NCBI GenBank assembly: GCA_051652765.1
Contig: JBOFUV010000065.1
Location: 1-52,146, forward strand
Source of the DNA: Microcoleaceae cyanobacterium
GTDB lineage: Bacteria > Cyanobacteriota > Cyanobacteriia > Cyanobacteriales > Microcoleaceae
Length of the DNA: 52,146 bases
Reading direction: 5' to 3'
The notes below the pieces were generated by a model, which did no database searches, was not told the DNA's origin, and saw only the letters and a program-made list of their open reading frames with translations. A program made the position numbers and the translations under genes. Below, piece by piece: positions 29,943-40,197 of this stretch; the stretch's first letter is position 1; every line of letters starts with the position of its first letter.

Positions 29943-30200
29943 ATGCCAAAGCCGACTGCGTTTGCTGTTCATTTAATGATTGAGGGGGGCCACCGCGAAG
30001 AAGTGCGCTTTTCCACACTTCAGGATTTCCAGGTGTGGTATCAGAAGGCGCTGCTTCCGGTTCGAGATTCTACAGATTTTGTGAATGTGCCGATTAAGAC
30101 GATGCAGGGAGAATATATGGTGATTCGTCCTTCTAGCATTAAGGCAATTCGAGTTGAGCCAATCTTCACCACCAGTATTGATCGGGATGATGTTGAGTAG
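29943..30200 (+). CDS. Small conserved cyanobacterial hypothetical protein (85 aa)
   Basis: ATG-started ORF with GGHREEVRF...QGEYMVIRPS..AIRVEP pattern, 13 bp upstream of the ROK gene. Confidence 0.7.
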   Translation: MPKPTAFAVHLMIEGGHREEVRFSTLQDFQVWYQKALLPVRDSTDFVNVPIKTMQGEYMVIRPSSIKAIRVEPIFTTSIDRDDVE

Positions 30201-30213
30201 TGCAAGGTAATAT

Positions 30214-31107
30214 ATGACGACTAACCAGGTGATTGGGGTTGATATCGGTGGATCGGCCATCAAGTTAGGGCGATACGATGTCCAGGGAAAGTGCCATCAG
30301 GCTCTCAATGTCCCAACACCTCAACCCGCCACACCCTTGAATATGTTCAATACCCTAGTGGAGGCGATCGCCCAGATTTTACCTATTGGGTCAGGGGTGG
30401 TGGGGATTGGAATTGGTTTGCCGGGGCCTGTTGATGCCGCAGGGCGAATTTCTAGGATTGCGATTAACCTCAAAGATTGGCAGGATGTGCCCTTAGCAGA
30501 GTGGGTTGAGGCCAAGGTTGGAATTCCAGTTGTCATGGCAAACGATGCTAATTGTGCGGGTTTGGGAGAGGCATGGTTGGGGGCAGGACGGGGCATTCAA
30601 AATTTAATTGTGATTACCCTAGGGACTGGAGTTGGTGGTGCTGTAATTTTAGAGGGAAAATTGTTTGTTGGTCATCGGGGAACGGCTGGAGAGCTAGGAT
30701 TGATCACATTAAATCCAGATGGCCCTCCTTGTAACAGTGGCAATCAAGGCTCCCTAGAGCAGTACGCCTCTGTTCAGGCGATTCGTCGAGCCACAGGGTT
30801 TGAGCCTGCCGAATTAGCGGCCAAAGCCTACAGTGGAGAAATTGAGGCCCTAAAATTCTGGCAACAGTATGGACAATGGTTAGGAGCAGGGTTAGCGAGT
30901 TTAATCTATATCCTTACCCCTGAGGCGGTTATCCTAGCTGGAGGGATTAGCGCTGGAGCCGAACTGTTCTTATCAGAAACCAGATCTGAGATTGAACGAC
31001 GGGTGTTACCCAGTTCCCGCGAGGGGTTACAACTGTTGATTGCGGAGTTGGGCAACCAAGCTGGGGCAGTCGGAGCGGCCAAGTTGGCCCTGCAAACATT
31101 CAACTAA
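30214..31107 (+). CDS. ROK family sugar kinase
   Basis: GVDIGGS, NDANCAGLGE, TLGTGVGG and CNSGNQGSLE. Confidence 0.93.
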   Translation: MTTNQVIGVDIGGSAIKLGRYDVQGKCHQALNVPTPQPATPLNMFNTLVEAIAQILPIGSGVVGIGIGLPGPVDAAGRISRIAINLKDWQDVPLAEWVEAKVGIPVVMANDANCAGLGEAWLGAGRGIQNLIVITLGTGVGGAVILEGKLFVGHRGTAGELGLITLNPDGPPCNSGNQGSLEQYASVQAIRRATGFEPAELAAKAYSGEIEALKFWQQYGQWLGAGLASLIYILTPEAVILAGGISAGAELFLSETRSEIERRVLPSSREGLQLLIAELGNQAGAVGAAKLALQTFN

Positions 31108-31115
31108 TCACTAGA

Positions 31116-31187
31116 TTTAGGAATAAGTTTAGGAATAAGTTTAGGAATAAGTTTAGGAATAAGTTTAGGAATAAGTTTAGGAATAAA
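31116..31187. repeat. 12-bp tandem repeat TTTAGGAATAAG x6
   Basis: Head-to-tail copies with no spacers, between convergent genes. Confidence 0.95.
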
Positions 31188-31281
31188 TTATCTCTGCTCT
31201 GATCACGATTAAGCCTCACAAACGCCTCTATTTTTGTGGAGAAGACTCACACTGCTTGATCTTATTTTCACGCTTGGAGCC

Positions 31282-33036
31282 TCACTCTTGAAGCCGTAGA
31301 ATACAGTTGGCATCCATGATAAAAAAGTGTTCATATTGTAATGCTAAGCATGGGTTGATTGTTGTTGATAGCGCAGGTATTTTGCTGGCTTGAACTAATG
31401 CTAAAGCAGTTTGACCTGCGGGAAATTCCGTCATCCAATCATTCCTTTCAAAAAACTGAGGAGTAAAAGCTGACTGTTCAACTAGAAAGAAATCAATTCC
31501 ATAGGTCTGAATAAACTGTTTTAAAGTGTCCAGACTGGGACTATAATGGGCTTGAATCAAGTCAACTGTACGCTGATTTGCCCGACGATAATACCCCAGT
31601 TGATAAGGAATTGTATATTCTCGACCGATGAGAATTGAACGCTGAGCAAAAGTAGGGAGTTGGTTAACTTCTCCAGAGAGGGAAGCAATTAAACTATCCT
31701 TGGGTTGATGTTGAAAAAAACTGTACAACCCAAGCCTCTCACCGGCTCGATATTTCACTAAGGGAAAGAACGGCACAAAACTTGGATAAAGCAACAAAAC
31801 CGCGAAAATTAAACTGATCAATCCCAAAGAAAAAAGAGTTTTAATTTGGCTGAATGATTTAGAAAATTTGTCTTGGATTTCAAGCCAATTTAATACAGCA
31901 TCAATGATCAACGTCAGAGCGATCGCGGTTGCAGTTGTGATGACAATTCTAAAGCTCAATCCCGTATAGCGACTCGGTAAATGCAGTTTGAACAAAACAG
32001 CATGAGCCATGAAGAACATGAAAATAGCAGCAGTTAAAAGTTGCAATATGATCCAGATTTTGGACTTAATCTGGTTACTTAAAGGAAACGTTTTGCGGAA
32101 AATCAGTAAAATAGGAAGGAATAATCCTGCACATTGAGTTGCTGGGGTCAGCAAAGATTTAGGAAACATCCCACTTCGCCGACCAGTGAACCAAAAGTCA
32201 ATCGGATCAGCATGAAAAAACATGCTACGTCCGTTGGGAAAAAATTCTAGGGATTGCATCGCTTGTTCCCGATTAATAGTCGGGCCAAATTCTGAAGTGT
32301 TCAGGGCGTAAGGCAGAAGCACAAGGAAAGCAATGATTAAACCCAGGATTGAAATTTGAGCATTAACACTTGGCCAACTGAGTTGCAAACGACCTGACTT
32401 CCAACTTAAAAATCTCAATCCTAAAATACCAGCGGCAACAAAAACATATTGCGGGTAAAATAATCCTGTTAAAGCAAGGGTCACGCCAACTCCAACTTTT
32501 GAATTTCGCAATAAATAATACAAAAAACCAATAAAAATAGGATAAATAAAAGCCCTTGGAGTTCCAGAAGCAACATCATCTTTCAACCAAATCACTTGAT
32601 TTAAAATCAAGCTGCCAATAAATCCTGTGAGGGGAATTGGTAGAAGTTCTAAGCAGAAATAGAAAAAATAATACGTTGAAATTAGGGCTAGGATGGGCGG
32701 AAGAATTCGGCAAAAGACAAGAGGATTGATGCCAATACTTGCACCGAGCTGATAAACCGCTGCATATCCTGCGGGAGCAACAGACTGAAAGTAGTCTGCG
32801 ATTAAATCATTGGGGAACAATTCTGGATCAATAAATCGCAACATCCAAAAGACATGTTGTCGAGCATCATCTTGAACTAAATTTGGCTGTATAAAAGCTT
32901 GTTTCAAGGAGAGTAACCCATAAACTCCTGCAACGCTCAGGCTCAAACCTAGCCAAAAGGTCAACTCCGTTCGACTGATTTGATGAGAAGATTGAGTCAA
33001 AATACGATGCAGAGGTCGAAAATTCATTCCTGTCAA
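31282..33036 (-). CDS. Polytopic membrane protein, possible GT-C-fold glycosyltransferase (paralog 2)
   Basis: QDDARQHVFWM after the first TM, LKDDVASGTPRAF, HLPSRY and many TM segments. Confidence 0.6.
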   Translation of the reverse strand: MTGMNFRPLHRILTQSSHQISRTELTFWLGLSLSVAGVYGLLSLKQAFIQPNLVQDDARQHVFWMLRFIDPELFPNDLIADYFQSVAPAGYAAVYQLGASIGINPLVFCRILPPILALISTYYFFYFCLELLPIPLTGFIGSLILNQVIWLKDDVASGTPRAFIYPIFIGFLYYLLRNSKVGVGVTLALTGLFYPQYVFVAAGILGLRFLSWKSGRLQLSWPSVNAQISILGLIIAFLVLLPYALNTSEFGPTINREQAMQSLEFFPNGRSMFFHADPIDFWFTGRRSGMFPKSLLTPATQCAGLFLPILLIFRKTFPLSNQIKSKIWIILQLLTAAIFMFFMAHAVLFKLHLPSRYTGLSFRIVITTATAIALTLIIDAVLNWLEIQDKFSKSFSQIKTLFSLGLISLIFAVLLLYPSFVPFFPLVKYRAGERLGLYSFFQHQPKDSLIASLSGEVNQLPTFAQRSILIGREYTIPYQLGYYRRANQRTVDLIQAHYSPSLDTLKQFIQTYGIDFFLVEQSAFTPQFFERNDWMTEFPAGQTALALVQASKIPALSTTINPCLALQYEHFFIMDANCILRLQE

Positions 33037-34805
33037 AATTGAACGTTAAGAATACAGTTTGTGTCAAGAACAATCAAGTTTTCTACTTGAAGTATTGTAC
33101 AAGAATCTGTCAGGGTTGCAAGGATTGGCTGAACTCCTTGGATTAAATTTTTTTCGACTTGTGGAATAACTTCTGGACTGAATTTCTGGAGAAAGTCACT
33201 TTTATTCAAGTACTCTGGTGTAAATGTTTTGGACTCCAATAGCCAAAAATTAACGTTGTAAGTCTTAATAAATTGTTGAACTGTTTCGAGATTAGAACTG
33301 TATTGAGCTGCAATTAAAGCTTGAGCACGCTGTTGGATCTCACGATAATATTTCTGATGATAGGGTAAAGCATATTCTGAACCTACTAAAATCGAACGCT
33401 GGGAAAAAGCAGGTAAATTATTGGCTTCTGTAGAAATGGAGGCAATTAAAGTTTCTTTGGGCTGACGTGCAAAGAATTCGTAAAGTAATGGAAATCGACC
33501 AACTACGTAATTTGTTGTGGGAAAGTGATTCAATAGAGCTGGATAACAAAGTAGTAAGAAAAGCACCAAGCTTAGGATGAATTTGACCGGAAAATTTGTG
33601 GTTTTCCAATGCAGTTTGCGATACAAAAAATTTAGAAGGATTGTAATCGCAATTCCCCCAGAAATTGCTGCAATAATTCGTAAACTATGATGACTATAAC
33701 GACTTGGATGGTGGAGTTTGAACAAAAAAGCATGAGCCAGAAAAAATAATCCGATTGAACACAGGATTACTTCAGGTAATAGAACAATCTTGCCAGTGAC
33801 GTTCTTAATCAGCGGAAATTGAGTCGGATATTGAAGTAAAATTGGTAGAAGTAATCCAGCACAAACTTGAAGGGGAACTGATTTTAAAAACCATTCCTGA
33901 GGGAGTAGTCCAGAGCGATCGCCTGTCAACCAAAAATCCCAAGGTTTATCTGTAAAAAATGCTGCCCTTCCTCCCGGATAGAATTCAGGTAAGTTCTTGG
34001 CCTCTGCTAAGGTAATCACACTCCCAAACTCTGAAGAGTTGAGTGAGTAGGGGAGTAAAACAAGACTACCTGCCCCCAAGCCAACCAATAGTGTCCAGAA
34101 AAGAGGCTTAAGCTGAGATCGGTTAACCGTTGTGATTGGAAATCGCGTTCTGAAAAGATTGGCAACTTTGATCTTGCTAAATTCTTTTAGATAGAGAGAT
34201 GTTTTGTTTCTAAAGCAAACCTTAAATACCTGTAAACTTAGCACTGCCATTCCCAACAAAACCCCTTGAGGGTAAAACAAACCCAGCAGTGTTATTGTCA
34301 GTCCAACTCCTCGCCAAGATTGACGCAATAAGTAATATAAAAACGCCAGAAATAAAGGATAGAAAAAAGCTCTAGGAGTGGCGGTGATTAAATCATCTTT
34401 AAGCCATAAATTTTGATTTAAAAGGAATGTTGCCAAAAATCCAGCCATCGGAACCGGAAAAATTTGCCAACAAACACCAAAACAGTAGCCTGTTGAAATC
34501 AATCCTAAAATTGTCGGTAACAGTTTATTGGCTAGGAAGGGATGAATGCCAAACAACTCTAACCCTTGATACAGAGTTCTGTAGCCGAGAGGGGCAACGG
34601 ATTGAAAATAATTGATAATGAAATCCCTGGGAAATAGCTCTGGGTCAACAAACCGCAACATCCAGACAACATGCGATCGCGCATCATCTTGAATCACATA
34701 ATCCGTTTGAAAGGCTTTAGTGAATGCCCAAATTCCACAAATTATAGAGGTCAATAGGCTGCAAATAAATCCTAATTTAACCGGATTTCTATTGAATGTT
34801 TTCAA
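33033..34805 (-). CDS. Polytopic membrane protein, possible GT-C-fold glycosyltransferase (paralog 1)
   Basis: QDDARSHVVWM, LKDDLITATPRAF and HHPSRY; colinear with the downstream paralog. Confidence 0.6.
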   Translation of the reverse strand: MKTFNRNPVKLGFICSLLTSIICGIWAFTKAFQTDYVIQDDARSHVVWMLRFVDPELFPRDFIINYFQSVAPLGYRTLYQGLELFGIHPFLANKLLPTILGLISTGYCFGVCWQIFPVPMAGFLATFLLNQNLWLKDDLITATPRAFFYPLFLAFLYYLLRQSWRGVGLTITLLGLFYPQGVLLGMAVLSLQVFKVCFRNKTSLYLKEFSKIKVANLFRTRFPITTVNRSQLKPLFWTLLVGLGAGSLVLLPYSLNSSEFGSVITLAEAKNLPEFYPGGRAAFFTDKPWDFWLTGDRSGLLPQEWFLKSVPLQVCAGLLLPILLQYPTQFPLIKNVTGKIVLLPEVILCSIGLFFLAHAFLFKLHHPSRYSHHSLRIIAAISGGIAITILLNFLYRKLHWKTTNFPVKFILSLVLFLLLCYPALLNHFPTTNYVVGRFPLLYEFFARQPKETLIASISTEANNLPAFSQRSILVGSEYALPYHQKYYREIQQRAQALIAAQYSSNLETVQQFIKTYNVNFWLLESKTFTPEYLNKSDFLQKFSPEVIPQVEKNLIQGVQPILATLTDSCTILQVENLIVLDTNCILNVQF

Positions 34806-34884
34806 GGAGTTACTCTTAAAAGCTGTTTGAAGAGTTGCTAATACTAACCTAGAAAAATTAAGCTAGAAAGAGTGAGTCTTAAGT

Positions 34885-37065
34885 CTACCGATAGGATTCA
34901 ACATGATCTGACACTTTTTGGGAAATTTCAGGGTTATAAATGCGTAGATAATTCCAGTAATTGCCAAACACTGATTTCACATAGCCGTAGGTTTCTGGGT
35001 AGGGAATTTGTTCGACAAACGCATCTGGATCATTAAAACTAAACCGATTGACCCACTCAGAGACTGCGTTGGGGCCCGCATTATAACTGGCAACAGCTAA
35101 CAAAGAGTTGTTATTGTACTGTTGATGGGTGAAATCAAGATAGTAGGTTCCCAAATTTACATTATCATTGATGTCTTCCAAAGAATAGCTTGTTAACTGC
35201 ATTTTTTTCGCCACTTCTGCCCCTGTTTCTGGCATCACTTGCATCAGCCCTGTTGCCCCCACAACAGATTTAATCGAGGGCATAAATCGAGACTCTTGCC
35301 GAATGAGTGCAGTCACTAAAACAGGGTTGAGTTGACGTTCTTTTGACCAATTCACAATTGTGTCTAAGTATGGAAAAGGATACAAGGCTTGCCAATACTC
35401 AGGAGTTTTTTTCAAGGCCAAATATTGCGATCGCTCCTCTGGATCTTCCCGCGTACTCAGACTCGAGAGCATCCAGAGTCCATCTAGATTATCCCCGATT
35501 CCCAATCGAACTAACCCATCGGTATACTGTTCGGCGACGGAAGGCTGCTGGCGATTTTGAAATTCGACTTGCCACAACGTCCAGGCATCCTGATGTTGGC
35601 CCAGTTGATACAATTCCTTGAAGGAGTCTGACCCCGCAGGGGGACTGGGGTGACCGCTAGGATATTCTACCTTGGGAGCCATCTCTCGCACCGTTGTAAA
35701 TTCACCCACCGGCCAACCCAACTGTACTGCCGATCTCCAGGCGTAGTAAGACTCCGGATGGCGGGCTACCACATACTCAAAGGCTTTCTGGGCATCTTTG
35801 GAACTCCCCAGTTTCTCCGCCCATTCTCCTACCCAAAATGCAGCTTCTGGAGCCAGTTCGCTATCGGAGTTTTCAGCAACTAATTGCTTGGCCCAGTCCG
35901 AGGCTATTTTAGTTTTGCCACCTTTGGCCGCCTCTTGGGCCAATTCCCAGCGCAATTGAGCGGCAGCTTCTGAATGACTGTACTGTTTCAAGAGCACCTG
36001 ACGGGTTTTGGAGGCGGATTCGGGGGATTTCAGTTTATCCAGAAGTTTGGACTTATCCAGTAGCGCTTCCGGTGCGTGTCTGGGAAACCTGGCAATGACT
36101 TGATCCAGCAGAGGCACGGCTTCTTGGGGTTTCTGGAGGCGGGAGAGTCGTAACAGACCAAATCCAGCATCTTCACCCTGGGGATTTTGTTCGTTGGGAA
36201 AAGCTTTAATCAGCGCCTCATAAGCCTTGCGAGACTCTGGAATTTTGTCATCTAGCCAAAGTCCACGGGCGTGACGGTAAAGATTTTGAGGGGTGCGGGG
36301 TGCTTTGGCATAGGCGATCGCTCCCTTGCCATAGTCCTGCTTTTCCCAAGACCCAAAGGCTATGACTTCCCAATCTTCTGGGGTAAGTTGCGGGCCAAAT
36401 TTTGCTTTTAGTAGCTCTAGATAGGTGCCGTAGTCTTCTAGATAAATTCCGTGTCGGGCAATCAGCCGCAGTAGATCAGGCTGATTTGGATTTTGCTTCA
36501 GGCGAGTTTGGGCAATCTCAACGGTGCGGGGATGGGCGGGAAATTTGGCGATCGCCTGATCCCAATGTTCTGGCTTGGTTTTTCCCAGGACGTACAGAGC
36601 TTCTGCAGCGACAGGATGGTTGGGATAGCGTTGCACCAGATCTAGCCAGACTTGCTGGGTTTGAGTGGCATCGCCCTTCATTTCATAAGCTTGGGCTCGC
36701 TTCAAGGCAATGTTGCCCGCCAGGTTGGGGTACTCCTGTTCCAAGCCTGCCAACAGTTCAATGGCCTGTTCTGGCTGGTTCTGCCCTAGCAAGTCACTGG
36801 CCAATAAATACCGCGCTCGACTTCGTTCTAAGTCAGTTGTTGACCCTTGGGTAAGCTCCTCAAGTTCGGTTTGTCGCTGGTTAGGGGAGAGGTAAGCCAG
36901 TTGGAGAACTCGATCCGTTTCCTCTACTTTTTCCGAGGAGACTGTTCCTGATGGCCAAAATTTCTGCATCTGAGTGACAGGAATGAAAATTCCAGCAATC
37001 AGGGCGGCGCTAGCAACACTAAGCAAGAGAACAAGTTGAGTTAGCCGTCGGTTTGTGGTGAACAT
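34885..37065 (-). CDS. Soluble lytic transglycosylase (SLT domain with TPR-like helical N-terminus)
   Basis: IRQESRF, GATGLMQVMP, ASYNAG and ETYGYV motifs. Confidence 0.93.
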   Translation of the reverse strand: MFTTNRRLTQLVLLLSVASAALIAGIFIPVTQMQKFWPSGTVSSEKVEETDRVLQLAYLSPNQRQTELEELTQGSTTDLERSRARYLLASDLLGQNQPEQAIELLAGLEQEYPNLAGNIALKRAQAYEMKGDATQTQQVWLDLVQRYPNHPVAAEALYVLGKTKPEHWDQAIAKFPAHPRTVEIAQTRLKQNPNQPDLLRLIARHGIYLEDYGTYLELLKAKFGPQLTPEDWEVIAFGSWEKQDYGKGAIAYAKAPRTPQNLYRHARGLWLDDKIPESRKAYEALIKAFPNEQNPQGEDAGFGLLRLSRLQKPQEAVPLLDQVIARFPRHAPEALLDKSKLLDKLKSPESASKTRQVLLKQYSHSEAAAQLRWELAQEAAKGGKTKIASDWAKQLVAENSDSELAPEAAFWVGEWAEKLGSSKDAQKAFEYVVARHPESYYAWRSAVQLGWPVGEFTTVREMAPKVEYPSGHPSPPAGSDSFKELYQLGQHQDAWTLWQVEFQNRQQPSVAEQYTDGLVRLGIGDNLDGLWMLSSLSTREDPEERSQYLALKKTPEYWQALYPFPYLDTIVNWSKERQLNPVLVTALIRQESRFMPSIKSVVGATGLMQVMPETGAEVAKKMQLTSYSLEDINDNVNLGTYYLDFTHQQYNNNSLLAVASYNAGPNAVSEWVNRFSFNDPDAFVEQIPYPETYGYVKSVFGNYWNYLRIYNPEISQKVSDHVESYR

Positions 37066-37086
37066 AATGAGTTAGGGATGAGCAAT

Positions 37087-38142
37087 CTAATTCACTTGAC
37101 ACAAAATCCACTGTAAGGCCATTGGCGGTTGGGCCATTGGAAAAACGTCTCGTCCAAGACACCAGTGTTCGTACCAGGAGGTCGGAGGCCAAGCATCTGG
37201 GGAAAGATGAGCTTTTTCGTAGGCATAGACGGATTCGGTAGAGAGCACCCTCAGAGGGAGTGTTCCTATTGCCGCTCTTAAATCAGCCTGGGTCATCAAA
37301 TAAGACCACTGAATCTGGGACATCTCCCGAACCCTAGGATCGGGTTCGTAGCCCTCCTCCGCAATAAAAGTGCTAAACAGCAGCAGACCCCTGGATTGAA
37401 TCGCATCACACACAATCTCCAACAACCTATGAACTTCATCCACGCTGCGGAAATGGGAGATCACCTCGGCAATCACTCCTAACTTATAACAGTTCTGGGG
37501 AAGTTTGAGGGCAGGGTTGAGAATATTGCTTTGAATCGCTCGTACCGGTAGGGATTCTGCTTTGGCCGCCTTGGCAATGATCTGGGCAAACTCTGGAGTT
37601 AACTCAATGGCATCTACTGGATGACCCCTGCGGGCCAGGGGTAGGGCATTGCGACCTACTCCGGCCCCAACGTCTAGGATGGGAGCTTGAGCTGGGTTAT
37701 CGAGTTGATCGGCGATCGCCATGAGCTTAGCATCAGGATAGGAACCAAATAAAGGGCCTGTGCGGTTTGTGAGCCAGCGTTCATATTTGTCTTCAATTGA
37801 CAGCACTTCGGTATTGACTGAGATTTTTAAACCGTTGGTTAGGCCCTGGGTCGGATCAGGGGGCTCATACTTAAAAATGAGGCGAGCATGGGGCGAGGCA
37901 TTGTAGCCCTCTTTCAGTTTCTGGGATACGAGTTGCCGCAGGGCCTGAATTTCTTGGGGGGTAAAGTTTTGCCCTAATGCGGTTAACAGCGTGCTGAATT
38001 GTGCCATGTATTCTTCCAACAACGCCGGAACACAGGGCAACGCAAGCTGGCCACGGGCTGAGGTTAGCCGCTTCACTTTCAGGAGAAGAACATTTTCAAG
38101 CACCTTCGGATCTCTAGCTGTTGCTGGCTGATTCGCTACCAC
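37087..38142 (-). CDS. Class I SAM-dependent methyltransferase with N-terminal extension domain
   Basis: ILDVGAGVGRNA motif I, VDAIE and EVISHF. Confidence 0.85.
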   Translation of the reverse strand: MVANQPATARDPKVLENVLLLKVKRLTSARGQLALPCVPALLEEYMAQFSTLLTALGQNFTPQEIQALRQLVSQKLKEGYNASPHARLIFKYEPPDPTQGLTNGLKISVNTEVLSIEDKYERWLTNRTGPLFGSYPDAKLMAIADQLDNPAQAPILDVGAGVGRNALPLARRGHPVDAIELTPEFAQIIAKAAKAESLPVRAIQSNILNPALKLPQNCYKLGVIAEVISHFRSVDEVHRLLEIVCDAIQSRGLLLFSTFIAEEGYEPDPRVREMSQIQWSYLMTQADLRAAIGTLPLRVLSTESVYAYEKAHLSPDAWPPTSWYEHWCLGRDVFPMAQPPMALQWILCQVN

Positions 38143-38208
38143 CCGTCCAATATCCTTTTAATAAAGCCTTAAGTGCTACTGTACAACATCAATCTGCTCT
38201 CTATTAAA

Positions 38209-38245
38209 GTAGGTCTGATAGGGTAGGTCTGATAAAGTAGGTCTG
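38209..38245. repeat. 14-bp-period repeat GTAGGTCTGATA x3
   Basis: Copies at 38209, 38223 and 38237 (last one partial). Confidence 0.8.
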
Positions 38246-38972
38246 GGCAGATGATTTGAGAGCAAAATACAACTTTTCAAAGAGTGCTAGGTTACCAGTA
38301 TAGCAATCTGATTTGAAGCGTGAACCTAGGGCTTTGTCTATGTAGCTTGCCAGCGCTACAGACGGCTCCCATCGGTCATTACTGATGACTACATCTTATG
38401 CCGATTAGGGATCACCTATGAAATATTTGAGCAAGGGAGCAAATGGATTCGAGGCTTTCAAGGTCTTCGCAGTTTAGTCTTTCTGGCTTGAAGAAGCGTT
38501 TCACCGAAGTTGTGAAGTGGCTCAATCTCAAATATTATCTAGGTTGATGACACAATTTCAGTTAATGTATTCACATGGCTTCAATATATGCTTTTCTGCA
38601 ACCTTTTCTAAGAAGATAGCACTACGATATTCTCACAAAAAACCTCGATCTCAGAAGTTCTTGGACGCTATTGAGTCAGTGATTCTAAATGTACTAGAAT
38701 TAAAACCCCAGTTTTTCTACGAGGTTAAAGCCAAACTAGACTTGTAGGGATGATCCCCTTCTGATAAGATCTTAGGGAAAAGTTAGTATAAAATGCCTAG
38801 CTTCCTAGTCTAAGGTCACTCGTTGATCAGAGCATTGGCAGGTTGTCTGAAGTGAGTGGTTGATTCATCCACAGTCCCAGGTGACATGTTCTTTAGGGGC
38901 GTTGGCTGGGTTTTTTGTCTTTAGAGTTCAGTTAGTGAATTTTGTAAACAGTTTTGTCGGTCAGAGGAAACT

Positions 38973-39977
38973 ATGGGAAATAAGCCGGATCGTGTTGTAT
39001 TCATTGGCGTTGCTGGAGACTCCGGATGTGGAAAGTCCACATTTTTGCGTCGGATAACAGACATTTTTGGGAAGGAGTTTGTCACGGTTATTTGTCTTGA
39101 CGACTACCATAGTTTGGATCGCAAGCAACGTAAGGAAACGGGAATTACTGCTCTCGACCCGCGAGCGAATAACTTTGACCTGATGTATGAGCAAGTCAAT
39201 GCCCTCAAAAATGGTCAGTCAATCATGAAGCCGATCTATAACCATGAAACGGGCATGATTGATCCACCAGAACGGATTGATCCAAACCATATTATTGTGA
39301 TTGAAGGATTACATCCATTACACGATGAGCGAGTTCGGGCTCTACTAGACTTTAGCGTTTACCTCGATATTAGTGATGAGGTGAAGATTGCCTGGAAAAT
39401 TCAGCGGGATATGGCTGAACGGGGCCACCGTTATGAAGATATCTTGGCCTCAATTAATGCTCGCCGCCCTGACTTTGAAGCCTACATTGATCCTCAGAAG
39501 CAATATGCTAATGTGGTGATTCAAATTCTCCCCACCCAACTGATTCCAGATCATAAAGAGCATCAGGTTCTCCGAATTCGATTGGTTCAGAAAGAAGGGA
39601 TCGATGGGTTTGAGCCTGCTTATCTGTTTGACGAAGGCTCAACGATTAACTGGATTCCCTGTGGTCGGAAACTAACCTGTTCCTATCCCGGTATCAAGAT
39701 GTTCTACGGGCCAGATAACTACTACGGCAATGAAGTTTCTGTACTCGAAGTAGATGGTAGATTTGATAATCTAGACGAGATGATTTATGTTGAAGGTCAC
39801 CTCAGTAACATCTCAACAAAGTATTACGGCGAGATGACCCATATGATGCGGGAACACCGCGACTATCCAGGTGCTAACGATGGCAGTGGATTATTCCAGG
39901 TGTTAGTCGGTCTAAAAATGCGATCTACCTATGAACGCTTGACTGAAAGTGTGGAAAAGGTTGCTGCTGTAGTTTAG
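38973..39977 (+). CDS. prk: Phosphoribulokinase
   Basis: GVAGDSGCGKSTF, VICLDDYHSLDR, KIQRDMAERGH and PCGRKLTCSYPG. Confidence 0.97.
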   Translation: MGNKPDRVVFIGVAGDSGCGKSTFLRRITDIFGKEFVTVICLDDYHSLDRKQRKETGITALDPRANNFDLMYEQVNALKNGQSIMKPIYNHETGMIDPPERIDPNHIIVIEGLHPLHDERVRALLDFSVYLDISDEVKIAWKIQRDMAERGHRYEDILASINARRPDFEAYIDPQKQYANVVIQILPTQLIPDHKEHQVLRIRLVQKEGIDGFEPAYLFDEGSTINWIPCGRKLTCSYPGIKMFYGPDNYYGNEVSVLEVDGRFDNLDEMIYVEGHLSNISTKYYGEMTHMMREHRDYPGANDGSGLFQVLVGLKMRSTYERLTESVEKVAAVV

Positions 39978-40084
39978 CTTTGCTGTTAAGTTTCAAGTCA
40001 GAACTCGGGTGGTAATTTTCAAGTGTAGGCTCGGTTCAAGGAGCGTGAGGCATGCTCCTTTTCCCCATAGAGCAAACCGAATAG

Positions 40085-40122
40085 ACATTAGCGCGAGCAA
40101 TTCAACTTCCTCGCGCTAATGT
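40085..40122. terminator. Hairpin between convergent prk and HAD genes
   Basis: ACATTAGCGCGAG-N12-CTCGCGCTAATGT followed by TTT. Confidence 0.75.
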
Positions 40123-40197
40123 TTTGAATAAACGGATTTTATAACAGTTGTCAGACTCTTTCATTTCATAAAGTTTTAACATGGGTTTCCTTAATCG

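Noticed and set aside
31116..31187. Possible mini-CRISPR or iterons
   Set aside because: 12-bp head-to-tail repeat without spacers and no rep gene nearby.
38517..38747. 76-aa ORF upstream of prk
   Set aside because: GTG start in AT-rich promoter DNA with no motif or other support.
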